A DNA stretch of 64,000 nucleotides from an uncultured Actinomycetes bacterium (GCA_963809395.1 CAWEJM010000029.1:425-64424); one strand, 5' to 3'; positions 46,710 to 58,327 are shown, numbered from the stretch's first letter. Made by a program: numbers and translations. The notes: generated from the sequence alone by a model not told the origin.

Positions 46710-49312
46710 GTGCCTACGCCCTCCCATTTCTCGATCTCGATGAGGCAGGAATGATTGGCCATCCCGGTTGACGTGGGGGTGATGTAGCGCTTGGGCGCCA
46801 GGATGTTCACGCAGCCGGCCGTATCCGGCGAGTAGCCGGGCTCGCCCAGGGGCAGGTAGTCGGAGCAGCTCTCGTAGGAGTGCGCCGTCCCCTGGGGCAG
46901 GCGCTCGGTCAACTGGGCGACCAGGATCACCGAGCCCCGGTCGTTGAAGGCCCGGATGAGGTCGCCGTCGGCGATGCCGCGCGCCACGCCCGTCGGCGGT
47001 GCTCATGCGCATGATCCAGTACGAGTGCCCGTCTCTTCAGCACCCGATGGTTCTTGATCTCGTTGACCCAGCTGTCCTTGCCGTCGCCCATGGTGTGGAA
47101 GGAGTAGCGGGGGTGCGGCGAGACCAGCTGGAGCGGGTACTTCTCGTAGAGCTCGGCGGTGTGGTGCCCTTCCCAGCTCTCGATGTGTTGCGGGCCCATG
47201 GCCGGGCGCTCGGGGTCGACCGTGCCGTTCTTCTCGAAGCGGGTGAGACTGGAGGAGACGAACTCGATCTTGCCCGAGGAGGTCTGGAGGCCCTTGCAGC
47301 CTCACGGTGTCGGCGGGGTGGGGGCCCCAGTCGGGCGTGTCGCGCACCCGGTCCTCGGCGAACCAGCGCAGGGCGGGAGTGGGTTTACGGTCGTAGGCCG
47401 GGGGCACCACGTAGTAGCCCTTCTTCTCGAAGTCTTCCCAGCTCATGACCTTGGGCAGGTCGCTGGCGTGGAACATCTGCTTCACCCAGTCCAGCTCGGT
47501 CTTGCCGCCGTCGGTGAAGATCTCGCCGACGCCCATGCGCTCCGCCAGGCCCGGCGAAGATCTCGTAGTCCGACCTCGACTCGCCCAGGGGCTCGATGCA
47601 CTTCTTCTGCAGGGTGATGATGCGGTGGTTCACCTGCGTGTAGGCGTCGGGCAGGTAGCCGGAGGGGCTGGCGAACTCGCTGATGTCCCAGCGCTCGTAG
47701 TTGGTGCAGGCCGGCAGGATGATGTCGGCGAACTTGGTCTCGCCCTCGAACCAGATGTTCTGGTTGACCACGAACGGCACCTTGCCTTCGCGGTAGGCGC
47801 GGGCGTAGCGGTTGGTCTCGGTCATGGTGCCGATGTAGGAGCCGCCGTAGCGGTAGTACATCTGGATCTCGGGATATCCGGGAGCCGGATACTCGTACTT
47901 CTGCAACTGGCTCTCGATGGAGCTGCCGCAGAAGCCTTTGCCCCACCACTCCAGGTGCTCGCCCATCATGACCTCGGGGATGCGGAGCCGCGGCACCGTC
48001 TGGCCCTCGGTGGAGTGGTGCGCGCTGCGGGTGGCGCCGCCCTTGTTGGCGAACATGCGGTAGACCCAGCGATATCCGGCCGCGGTGTTGTCCACATCGC
48101 CGGAGATGCCGCCCTCGGCGTACCCGGGGAACATGAAGGAGGTGTCGACGCGGCACGCCCTGGGTGGTCGACCAGATGTTGCTCCCCGGCTTGCCCATGC
48201 CCTGCATGGCCGCCAGGGCGATCATGGCCCGGGCCCACTCGTTGCCGAACGAGGCGCGGCAGGCGCCGCCCAGGCCGCCCAGCCCGCCGGCGGCCAGCAT
48301 GGTCTTCTTGGAGGCCCACAGCCGGGCCAGCGCCCGGATCTCCCGAGCGGCGATGCCCGACTCGCTCTCCGCCCACTCCGGGGTCTTGGCCAGGCCGTCT
48401 TCGCCGGCGCCGAGCACGTAGTCCTTCCACTGGTCGAAACCGACGGTGCGGCTCGCCACGTACTCCTTGTCGTAGGTGCCCTCGGTGAGCCACACGTAGG
48501 CGATCGCCAGCGCCATGGCCACGTCGGTCCCGATGCGGGGCGCCAACCACTTGTCGGAGAAGATCCCGGCCGTGTGGTTCATGTAGGGATCGATGAAGAT
48601 CATCGGGATCCCCAGCTCCTTGAGCCAGAAGCGCCGGCAGGTGCTCTCGAACGCCGCGTAGGTGCCGCTGCAGGTGGCCTCCGGATCGGCGGACCAGAAC
48701 ACGATGAGCTCGGTGTTCTTGAGGGCGTCGTCGAGCAGGTCGTACTGCTCGGGGATGCCCAGGCGGTAGGTGAAGCCCCACATGTGGGCCGCGCCCCAGT
48801 GCCAGCCTTCCCAGCTGTCCGGGTTGTGTTCGGCGTAGCAGACGCCGACCAGATTCCAGAAGCGGAGATAGGTGCTGTGCCGGTAGCCGACGTTCCCCCA
48901 CAGGTGGTGGGAGCTGGGGGTGGAGAGGATGGCGGCCGGCCCATATTCCCGCTTGATCCGCATGATCTCGTCTGCGACGGTATCCAGGGCTTCGTCCCAA
49001 CTGATGGGCTCGTAGCCGGAGACTCCGCGATTCTGGATGTTGCGCTCGCCCTTGGGATCGAAATCCACCCGCTTCAGGGGGGTCAAGATGCGCTTGGGCG
49101 AATACACGAGCGATCGCTGGGCCACGGTCATGGGGGAGACGGTGTTCTTGCGCGGGAGGAGTGAACCTCCGTCCCCGCGCCTCTATGGTCCACGATTCCG
49201 CGTCGCTCTCGTCCAGGGTGATGGGCGTGATCCGGAGAATCTCGCCGTCCTTCACGTACACGAACACCGGCCCTCCGGTGGTTCCATTGGTCAGTCTCTC
49301 GACCTGCCCCAT
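46706..49312 (-). CDS. Mo-bis-MGD enzyme large subunit, AthL-like, copy A
   Basis: MGQVERLTNGTTGGPVFVYVKDG, ILSTPSSHHLWGNVGYRHSTY, HNPDSWEGWHWG, FPGYAEGGISGD, SPHPRYSFHTMGDGK; several frameshifts. Confidence 0.93.
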
Positions 49313-49478
49313 ATCAGACCTCCGTTTGCTTGAGCCATGCGGTCCCGTGCGCTTTGCCGCCGGTGCGCGAAGCATCGATTCTGCCAGCCTAGGGGCTTCC
49401 GCGGTGCGCGTCAACTCGCTTGTGGGCCTCGCCCCTGTATAGTGAATGCAGGCAGACTCGACTCCGAGGGGGGAGACG

Positions 49479-50192
49479 ATGGCACAGAGGATCACAGGGA
49501 ATGCTGGTAGGCCGACGCGGCGGCACGGACCGGCGGCTTTACTTGGCCTGGCTGGGGCCGTGGTGCTCGTTCTGGTCCTGGCTCTTGCTTTGGGCGCGGT
49601 GGGCTGCGGGTCCGACGAGGCGACATCGGCCACGGTCACCGTGACGACCAGCGAGGTCGAAACGACCACCTCGACCACGGCTGAGACAACCACGACGGCC
49701 ACTTCCGAGCCCACCACCACCAGCTCGTCCACCACGACCAGTTCGTCCACCACGACGACCGAGGCGCTTTCCAGCGCCGAGACCCGCCTTGCCAACGGCC
49801 ACATCCGGGCCATGGGCTACATCGATAGGGTGTGGGAGTCGGGCGGCATTCGCCACATCAGCATCGACTACGCGGAGATGCTCACCGGAGAAGAGGCCAA
49901 GGCCGCGGCCGTCGAGGCGGGAGAGATCGCGCCGGGCGAAGACCTGCCCAACGACTACTTCATACGCAACACGAATCCCACGAAGCGGGAGTTCACCGTG
50001 GCGTCGGCTGCGCCCATCACCACGGCCACGTTCGGCGGGGGCATGGATCGAGCCGGTGACGTGGAGCTCAGTTCAAGAGCTTCTGGAGCGCTGTCCCCGC
50101 CCGCAGGAGGCGAGCACCTGCACGACATGCCCTGGTGGATCGAACGGGACGGCGGCGACGTGGTCAGCATCGCCGAGCAGTATCTGCCGTAG
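49479..50192 (+). CDS. Hypothetical lipoprotein with long Thr/Ser linker
   Basis: Lipobox AVGC, about 45 aa T/S tract, C-terminal domain DYAEMLTGEEA...NDYFIRN...EQYLP. Confidence 0.8.
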   Translation: MAQRITGNAGRPTRRHGPAALLGLAGAVVLVLVLALALGAVGCGSDEATSATVTVTTSEVETTTSTTAETTTTATSEPTTTSSSTTTSSSTTTTEALSSAETRLANGHIRAMGYIDRVWESGGIRHISIDYAEMLTGEEAKAAAVEAGEIAPGEDLPNDYFIRNTNPTKREFTVASAAPITTATFGGGMDRAGDVELSSRASGALSPPAGGEHLHDMPWWIERDGGDVVSIAEQYLP

Positions 50193-50277
50193 GCCGCCGC
50201 AGCCGCGCGCAGAGCGTCCGGCGCGCAACGGCATGGCCGCGGTGGCGTGCCGGAGCTGGCCGCCGGCCCGCGCGGCC

Positions 50278-52242
50278 TCAGCTCCGGCCGCCTACCGACG
50301 CTCGGTTGGCCTTCTTGCGCTCCTCCGCGTCGAGCACGGCCTTGCGTATCCGCACCGACTTGGGCGTGACCTCCACCAACTCGTCGGTGGCGATCCACTC
50401 CAAAGCCTGGTCCAGGGTCATCTCCCGGGGGACCTTGAGTCCTACGTCGATCTCTTTGTTCTCGGACCGGTAGTTGCCCAGCTTCTTGGTCTTGGTGGGA
50501 TTGCAGGCCAGGTCGCCCGAGCGGGAGTGCTCGCCCACGATCATGCCGGCGTAGACCGGATCCATGGGGGAGACGAACAGGGTGCCCCGCGATTGCAGGT
50601 TCTCCAACGAATAGCCGGTGGCGGGACCATTCTCCATGCTCACCAGTGAGCCCCTCTCCCGGTGCGACACTTCGCCGCACCAGGGCTCGTAGCCCACGAA
50701 ACGCGACGACATGATTCCCAGCCCCCGGGTGTCGGTGAGGAAATCGCCCCGGTAGCCGATGAGTCCCCGAGTCGGGATCTTGAACTCGAGCCGCACCACC
50801 CCGGTGCCGGTGTTGTGCATGCCCGTGAGTTCGCCTTTGCGCTGGGCGAGTTTCTCGATAACGATGCCCTGATGTTCGTCGGGCACGTCGATGGTCAGTT
50901 GTTCCATCGGTTCAAGAAGGTGGCCCGCCTTGTCCCGCTGAGTGATGACCTCCGGCCGGGAGACGCACAGCTCCATCCCCTCGCGCCGCATCTCCTCGAT
51001 GAGGATGCCCAGGTGCAACTCCCCGCGGCCCGAGACCTTGACTCCGTCGGGGCGGCCCAGGTCTTCCACTCGCAGGGCGACGTTCACCCGCAGTTCCCGG
51101 TCGAGCCGGTCCTTGATCTGCCGCAGGGTCACGGCCTGGCCGTCGTTTCCGGCGAAGGGGCCGTTATTGACGAGAAAGAACATCGAGACCGTGGGCTCTT
51201 CGATCTCCAGCGGCGGCAATGCCGGATCGGCCAACTCGGGAGCGGACAGAGTGTCGCCGATGGTGATCTCGGCCGGCCCGCTGACCCAGACGATATCGCC
51301 GGCGTGGATCTCGTCCACTTCCTCGCGTTCCAGGCCGCGCGTGACCCACAGATGGGCGGTGCGGGTGGTCTCGCTCCCCACTACTTCCCAGTCGTCCTCG
51401 CTCCGCCCCAGGCCGGTCCAGCGAGACGAGGTGCGCACCAGTTCGTCGCCTCGGCGGTGGGACCCTTCCGACACTCGGCCACAGCCGATCTGGCCCAGGT
51501 AGTCGCTCCAGGCCAGGGTGGATATCTGCATGCGGAACGGAGCCCCGAGCTTCGCCCGAGGTGGCGGCACTTCGGCGATGATGGTCTCGAACAAGGCCTC
51601 CATGCCTTCGTGGGGATCGGTCTCGGGATCGCGCACGATCCACCCCTCCAACGCCGAGCCGTAGACGACGGGAAAATCGGCCTGCGCGTCGGTGGCCCCC
51701 AGCTCGAGGAAGAGGTCGAAGGTCTTGTCCAGGGCCGCGTGCGGGTCGGCGTGAGGCCGGTCGACCTTGTTGACCACCACGATGGGCCGCAATCCCAGGC
51801 GGAGGGCGCGCATGAGCACGTAGCGGGTCTGGGGCATGGGGCCTTCGTTGGCGTCGACGAGGAGGAGCACGGAGTCGACCATGGAGAGCACGCGTTCGAC
51901 CTCTCCGGAGAAGTCGGCGTGCCCCGGCGTATCGACGATGTTGATGAGGTAGCCGTCCCACTCCACCGTGCAGTGCTTGGAACGGATGGTGATGCCGCGT
52001 TCCCGCTCCAGGTCGTGGCTGTCCATGACCCGTTCCTCGATCCGCTGGTTGTCGCGGAAGACGTGAGCCGCGCGGAAGATGGAATCGATGAGGGTGGTCT
52101 TGCCGTGGTCGATATGGGCGATGATGGCGACGTTACGGATGCGCTGCGCGAGGTCGGCGGCGCTGGCGGCGCCGACCGGCGGGGAGGCCGGGGCTGCCGC
52201 GGCCGCGTGGTCGCTACGATCGATCGTTGCTGCAGGGGGCAT
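50278..52242 (-). CDS. typA: Translational GTPase TypA/BipA
   Basis: [54 protein letters not shown]. Confidence 0.97.
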   Translation of the reverse strand: MPPAATIDRSDHAAAAAPASPPVGAASAADLAQRIRNVAIIAHIDHGKTTLIDSIFRAAHVFRDNQRIEERVMDSHDLERERGITIRSKHCTVEWDGYLINIVDTPGHADFSGEVERVLSMVDSVLLLVDANEGPMPQTRYVLMRALRLGLRPIVVVNKVDRPHADPHAALDKTFDLFLELGATDAQADFPVVYGSALEGWIVRDPETDPHEGMEALFETIIAEVPPPRAKLGAPFRMQISTLAWSDYLGQIGCGRVSEGSHRRGDELVRTSSRWTGLGRSEDDWEVVGSETTRTAHLWVTRGLEREEVDEIHAGDIVWVSGPAEITIGDTLSAPELADPALPPLEIEEPTVSMFFLVNNGPFAGNDGQAVTLRQIKDRLDRELRVNVALRVEDLGRPDGVKVSGRGELHLGILIEEMRREGMELCVSRPEVITQRDKAGHLLEPMEQLTIDVPDEHQGIVIEKLAQRKGELTGMHNTGTGVVRLEFKIPTRGLIGYRGDFLTDTRGLGIMSSRFVGYEPWCGEVSHRERGSLVSMENGPATGYSLENLQSRGTLFVSPMDPVYAGMIVGEHSRSGDLACNPTKTKKLGNYRSENKEIDVGLKVPREMTLDQALEWIATDELVEVTPKSVRIRKAVLDAEERKKANRASVGGRS

Positions 52243-52346
52243 GAAGGCTCGGGCTCCTCACTGGATTCGGGTGCGGACGTTCCACCTGGCGACAGGGGAT
52301 GAGAGATTATAGCGCTTGCGGCGACCGGCCGTTAGGGACTATAGTA

Positions 52347-52363
52347 ATAGAAGCTGATTCTAT
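52347..52363. promoter_or_regulatory. Inverted repeat upstream of tetR (possible operator)
   Basis: atagaa-gctga-ttctat in an AT-rich patch between divergent typA and tetR. Confidence 0.45.
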
Positions 52364-52420
52364 ACATGGTTCTGCGAGATTGTCGCAGCAGGATCCGGCC
52401 TCGGAGATGGCATACACGTC

Positions 52421-53107
52421 ATGAGCCCCTCTTCCACAACCTATAGGCCGCCGCGACAACGGCGAAGCCAGGAGTCGCTCGAACGCATTCTCGACGCGGC
52501 CGAGCTGCTCATCCGAGAGCGGGGCTTCGACAACATGACCATCGCCGAGGTGGTGCATCGCTCGGGCTCCTCGGTAGGCAGCCTGTACGCGCGATTCCGC
52601 AATAAGCTCGGGTTGCTGCAGGCCGTGCAGGTGCGGTACCACGCGCGCGTCGAGAACGCCATCGCAGCGGAGTTCGGCGGCGACGGCCCGCGCGATGAGT
52701 GCCTGGAGGATGCCGTCGGCCGGATCGTGCGCGTGCTCTGCGATTATCTGCTCAACGAACCGGAGTTGTTCCGAGCCTTCGTTCTCCAGGCGGTTTCGGA
52801 TCCCCGGATACGCGCCCAGGGTGAGCGGGCCAGCAGCAAACGGCGCGACAGCGTCGTCGAAGTGCTTCTGGCGCATCGGGCGGAGATCAGGCACCCCGAC
52901 CCCGATCTGGCGGCTCGGTGGTTCTACACGATGTGCATGGCCGTCCTTCGGGAGAGGATAACGTTTGGCGAGAAAGCCGAGCTTTCCGGGGCTTTTTTGG
53001 ATGGAACCATGGTGGCGGAGCTCACCCGGACGGCCACCAGTTACCTCATGAGTGGCGGCTTGGCCCCGAGTCGGGCCGACGCAGGGGGCGCCGGGATGGC
53101 AGATTGA
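52421..53107 (+). CDS. TetR/AcrR family regulator
   Basis: PRQRRSQESLERILDAA..L..ERGFD, SVGSLYARFRNK. Confidence 0.95.
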   Translation: MSPSSTTYRPPRQRRSQESLERILDAAELLIRERGFDNMTIAEVVHRSGSSVGSLYARFRNKLGLLQAVQVRYHARVENAIAAEFGGDGPRDECLEDAVGRIVRVLCDYLLNEPELFRAFVLQAVSDPRIRAQGERASSKRRDSVVEVLLAHRAEIRHPDPDLAARWFYTMCMAVLRERITFGEKAELSGAFLDGTMVAELTRTATSYLMSGGLAPSRADAGGAGMAD

Positions 53108-53262
53108 CTCCTCACATATCGGAATGATATTTTAATTCTAATTACGCGAAATCACATGTGTGCGGAAAAGACGTGCGAGGGAGGTGACGCCGGATCCAAG
53201 ATCCGCATGGGCACATGCAGTTGTGCCAAGCTCTGTTGTTGTATTGAATCGGGGGTTGAGAC

Positions 53263-54713
53263 TTGTTCGAAGATAGCGATAAAAAAGCCGTATCGAGACG
53301 CGAGTTCCTGAAGATAGCCGGCATAGCCGGCGCGACCGTGGGTCTGGGCGCCGGTCTGGGTGGCCTCGTGGCCGCCTGCGGCGGCACTGAAGAGACCACC
53401 ACCACTACCGGTGCGGCCACGACCACCACCGCGCCGGTCAGACCACGACGACCACCGCCGCCGCCAGCACCACCACCGTCTCTGCCGGAGCGGAAGCCGG
53501 CCGCGCCATCAAGATCGGGGTTCTGTCGCCGCTGACCGGGGCGCTCGCCTCGTTCGCCAAGCCGGATAAATGGATCGTTGACACTGTCACCGCGACGCTC
53601 AAGGATGGCGTAGTCTGCGGCGACGGCAAGCTGCACAAGTTCGAGTTCCAGGTCGAAGACACCCAGTCGAACGCCTCTCGTTCGGCGCAGGTGGCCGGCG
53701 ACCTGATCCTCAACAGCAAGGTCGACATGATCATGGCGTCGTCCAGCCCGGACAACGTGAACCCGGCGGCCGACCAGTGCGAAGCCCTCGGAGTGCCCTT
53801 CTTGGCCAACTTCGTTCCCTGGCAGCCGTTCTATCTCGGCCGGGGCGCGACTCCCGACAAACCCTTCAAGTGGACCTACATGTACCACTTCGGCCTGGAA
53901 GACGCTGCTGCTCGTACGTATGGGCATGTGGGATCAGATCACGACCAACAAGAAGGTGGGCATCCTCCTCCCGAACGACGCCGACGGGGTGGCCTGGGCC
54001 AGCGACAAGACCGGTCTCCAGGTCCCTCTGAAAGCGGCCGGATACACCGTGGTCCAGCCCGGTCTGCATGATGCGACGGCCGAGGACTTCACCGCGCAGA
54101 TCGCGGAGTTCAAGAAGGCCGGCTGCGAGATCAGTCACCGGCATCGAGACGCCGCCGCTGTTCACCAACTTCTGGAAGCAGTCGCCTCCAGCAGGGCTTC
54201 AAACCCAAGATCGCCTGGTTCGGAAAGGCCCTGCTCTTCCACGAGACCCTGATCGCCCTCGGCGATTCCGGCATCGGCCTCACCGACGAGGTGGTGTGGC
54301 ATCCGACCTTCCCGTACAAGAGCTCGCTGACCGGTCAGACCTGCCAGGAACTGGCCGACCAGTACACCGCGGACACCGGCAACGGCTGGACCGAGCCGAT
54401 CGGCCAGTACGGCAAGTTCGAGTGGGCCGTCGATGTCTACAAGCGGATGACCGACATCGATGACAAAGAGCTGTTCCCGGCCGTCGTGCAGGCCACCAAG
54501 TTGGAGACCATCAACGGGCCTGTCGACTTCACCGTCCCCGGTCAAGCTGGGGACTGTGCATCCGGTGCTGAACGTGTTCAAGATCCGTATCGCCGCCGGC
54601 CAGTGGCTCAAGACCGCAGGGCGGCAAGTGGCCCTATGATCTCGTGCTGTGCTTCGCGAACGATCCCGCGATCCCGACGACTGCCAAGCTCCAGCCGATT
54701 ACCGTACGCCTAG
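53263..54713 (+). CDS. Tat-exported lipoprotein, branched-chain-amino-acid-type (PBP1) substrate-binding protein, frameshifted
   Basis: SRREFLK twin-arginine motif, VAAC lipobox, Thr linker, IKIGVLSPLTGALA, EDTQS, ETINGPVDF. Confidence 0.9.
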
Positions 54714-54749
54714 AGCCGGACCCGCTGCTAGTCGAAAGGAGCCTGGCAC

Positions 54750-55748
54750 GTGAAGAAGATCGACCTAGAGAACCATTTTGTGACCGATGTGTGGTTGGAG
54801 GCCCTCCGCACCAACAAGGGCTATCCCAGGGTGGATGAGAAGAAAGGGCTTGGCTTCGCTCCCGAGGCCTGGATGCCCCTGGGCAAAGAGGGCCAGCTGC
54901 GGGACATGGGCGAAGGCCGCCTCAAGCTCATGGACGCCGCCGGCGTCGACTACGCCGTCCTCTCGCTGACCTCTCCCGGGTCGGAGCAGTTCGAGGTCGA
55001 GGTGTGCAAGAAGGTCGCCAAGGAGCCAACGACATCCTCGCCGCGGCCATGAAGAAGTACCCGACTCGCTTCGGCGGTTTCGCCTCCCTGGCTCCGAAGG
55101 ACCCCGAATGGTCGGCGAAAGAGTTGGAGCGCTGCGTGAAGGAGCTGGGCTTCACCGGCTGGAACACTCACTCCAACTATCGGCGATTCCTACATCGACG
55201 AGGAGAAGTACTGGCCACTCCTGGCCAAAGCCCAGGAATTGGACATCCCCATCTATCTTCACCCGGCCGTGCCCATGATCCCGCAGTTGCGTGAGTTCGG
55301 AATGGTCCTCAGCGGACCCAGCTTCGGCTTCGGAACGGAAGTCATGTACGCGTTCCTGCGCATGATCGTGCGGGGCGTCTTCGACGAGTTCCCCAACTTG
55401 AAGATCATCATGGGCCACTACGGCGAAGCGCTGCCGTTCCTGGTCGACCGGGTGGACCGCGCCTACATGCAGCGCCATTCCACTCCGAACGCCGAGATCG
55501 GCCCGGGCAGCAAGGAATGGGCCAGCCACTACGTGAAGACGAACCTGTGGGTCACGACCAGCGGCAACTATCTGCCCGCCGCGTTCGTGTGCTCGCGGGA
55601 CGGGCTGGGCATGGACAAGGTTCTTCTAGGGACCGACTACCCGTACGAGGACATGGGCGACTGCATGGGCTTCTTGGCCGGTCTGCCGCTGACCGACGAC
55701 GAGCAGAACAAGCTGTACGAGGCGAACGCCAAAGCTATCGGGTTCTAG
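54750..55748 (+). CDS. Amidohydrolase_2 decarboxylase-like protein (paralog 3), frameshifted
   Basis: DLENHF, NTHSNY, PIYLHP, GHYGEALPF, TTSGN, GTDYPYE. Confidence 0.9.
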
Positions 55749-55799
55749 GCCGGGTTTCGGCTCGGCTGTCGTGGGCCCGGCTTCGCCGGGCCGGGATGG

Positions 55800-55835
55800 G
55801 CGGCGCGGAAAGCCCTCGGGGGCTTTCCGCGCCGC
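55800..55835. terminator. Strong hairpin between convergent genes
   Basis: gcggcgcggaaagccc-tcgg-gggctttccgcgccgc, perfect 16-bp stem. Confidence 0.7.
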
Positions 55836-55909
55836 TTGTCGTTCGGCGCCGCTCCCGCCGCGCGCCGCCTCCGGTTGCGCGCCGGCGCAGGTCTCAGCCG
55901 GTCTGATCG

Positions 55910-57036
55910 TCAAGACTCCGGACGTAGGCCTCCAGGGCCCCCAGTCCCACTGCAAAGTCCTCCCGGCCCAGACCCATGCGAAAGTGATCGTCCCCGTAGC
56001 CGTAGACGGTCGACGGCAGCAGGAGCACCCCGGTGTCGTGGAGCACTCGCTCGCAGAACTCCTCCGCTCCGCGTCAGTCCGCCGGGCTCCGGGCAACAGG
56101 CGGGGAAAACAGACCGTGCCGGCCCGCGGGGGTACCCAACTGAACCGCGAAGGATGACGGCCGAAGAACTCCCCGGCCGCCCGGATGTTTCGCCTCACCC
56201 GTTCGCGGTGGGCGGCGACGATCGCGTCGCGCGAACGCAGGGCCATGAGCGCCAGCAGCTCGCTGGGGGCGCTGCTGCAGATGGTGGTGTAGTCCTTGAG
56301 CGCCTTCATCCGTTCGAGAAGACCGGCGTCGTGGGTCGCCACCCATCCGATCCGCAGCCCGGCGAGCCCGAAGGCCTTCGACATGCCGGAGAGGGAGACG
56401 GCCCGCTCGTATCGGTCCACGGCCGCAGGCAGGCGCAGGTCGGCGGACGGCTCCAGCAGCCGGTACATCTCGTCGGAGAACAACCAGGCGCCGGCGGCGC
56501 CGGCGGCCGCGATCATGCGGGCGAAGTCGTCGGCCGCGGGCAGCGCTCCGGTGGGGTTGTGGGGGAAGTTCCACACCACCAGCTTGGTGTCGGGACGCAG
56601 GTTCTTCTCCAGCCAGGCTGGGTCGAACCGCCATCCCTCATTCTCAGAAGGTTCCCAGAAGGTGACCTCACACCCGATGGAGAGCGCGAGCTGGTAGAGA
56701 GACTGGTAGCCGGGAAAGGTGCAGATCACATGGTCTCCCGGCTCCAGCAGAGCGTTCATGGCCAGAAAGACGGCTTCTTCGGGGGCTGCGACCAGGATGT
56801 CCGCCGGCGTCCACCGACTCGTAGAGCGTGGCGATCTCGGCGCGCAACTCCGGCAGGCCCTGCGACTCCGTGTAACCGAGCCGCAGTCGCTCCCAGCGCT
56901 CTTGAAGCTCGGGCTCGGCGCCGGCCAGAAGATCGGCCATGGCCAATCCTTCGCAGTCGGAGGTCGACAGCAGGTAGCGGGCGCTGAACTCGTGCCGGGC
57001 AAAGAAGCGCTCGAGGGCGAAGGGTGTGGGGAACAT
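55910..57036 (-). CDS. PLP-dependent aminotransferase class I/II (VioD/YugH-like), frameshifted
   Basis: FALERFF, NFPHNPTG, SDEMY, SGMSKAFGLAGLRIGW, KDYTTIC. Confidence 0.9.
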
Positions 57037-57095
57037 GCCGGTTCCTTTGCAGCAGCGGATTGACGGGAGCGAACTACCAGTCCATAGTACTCCCG

Positions 57096-58327
57096 TGACT
57101 TCTACAGGTTCGCAAGTCAAAGCACAGCCTCACTCGCTGGCGCTGCTCTACCCCACCCAGCTCTTCGCCGGGGCGATGCTCATCTCCTTGGGACCCTTGC
57201 TGGACCCCATTCTCCACGACCTGCACATCCCGCTGGCGAAGGGGGGGATACTCTCGCTCGGGTTCTTCCTGGGCCGGGTCGCGGGAGTGATGCTGCTCAA
57301 TTTCGTTCTGGCGCGGGTGCCGCTGAGACTGACTTTGATCCTGGCGCGCGTGGGTCCAGGCCGCCGCGCTGGCCGTCGCGGGGCTCCTGGCCCCCGGCCT
57401 CTGGCCTCTTTTCGGCGCGCTTCTCGTGACCGGGCTGACCGCCGTGATCCCCAACGCGCTCGCCGGCGTCTGGGTGGGCGCTCACGTGCGCAAAGACACC
57501 GAGAGAGCGATGCTCCTGGTCCTTGCCTTTTTTGCGCTGGGCGTCGTCGTGGCCCCGCTGGTCATCGGCGCGGCCCTGGGCTTGGGCGCCACCTGGCGAT
57601 GGGTGTTCGTGGGCGAGGCCGTATTCTCGGCCATCGTGGCGGTGGCCCTGATGGTCTCGCCCCTCGCGGACGTGCGGGGCAGGGAGAATCTCCGTCTTCC
57701 CCAGCTGCGCGAGATGGCCGGATTCGCACCCACAGCTTCTGGGGATCATGCTGACGGCGACCTTCCTGTACGTGGGGTCGGAAACCGTGCTGGGCGTGTG
57801 GCTGGCCAAGTATCTGGATAGACAGCTTCGCCGCGAGCCCTGCTGTGGCGGCGCTCAGCGTCACGCTCTTTTGGGCGGGCATCACGGTCGGCCGGTATGT
57901 GACCGTCCCGCTCGCGCGCAGAATCCATCCCCCGCTGCTGCTCGCCGTCTTCGCGGCAGTCCAGTGCGTGTTCACCGTCGGACTCGTGCTCTCGCCCGGC
58001 CTGGTGAGCGCCGAGGCCTGTGCCTTCGTCGTCGGTATCGGGGGTTCAGTGTGCTTTCCGCTTATCGCCGGCTACACGAGTCGTTTTCCCGGTTGGTACT
58101 CGGGAGTGGCGTACTCCGGGATGATGCTGGCCGGGACCTCCGGAAGCGTCGTCTTTTCCTATGTGACAGGGCCTGTGGCCGAGGCTCTCAGTCTGCGGAT
58201 GGCCCTGGGCCTGGCGGCGGTACTACCTTTGGCCGTGGTGCCCTTGTCCATATGGCTGGGGCGAGTCGCGGGGGAGCGCCCCGCGCCGGCGCTAGCTCGG
58301 AGCTTCCCCCTGAGGCGCGCTCCCTAG
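57096..58327 (+). CDS. MFS transporter (TsgA/FucP-like), frameshifted
   Basis: SLGPLL, WRWVF, LYVGSE, FWAGITVGR, CFPLI. Confidence 0.85.

Noticed and set aside
41334-49312. Two Mo subunits as an assembly duplication, or as respiratory DMSO/TMAO reductases
   Set aside because: The copies differ at many amino acids and synonymous sites; no Tat signal or membrane anchor; motifs are transhydroxylase-type.
49650-49760. acc/acg-rich tandem repeats as DNA-level repeat elements
   Set aside because: Explained by Thr/Ser codons of a protein linker.
53108-53262. Riboswitch or ncRNA in the leader of the binding-protein gene
   Set aside because: AT-rich promoter-like sequence but no recognisable aptamer consensus or terminator; a covariance-model search would be needed.
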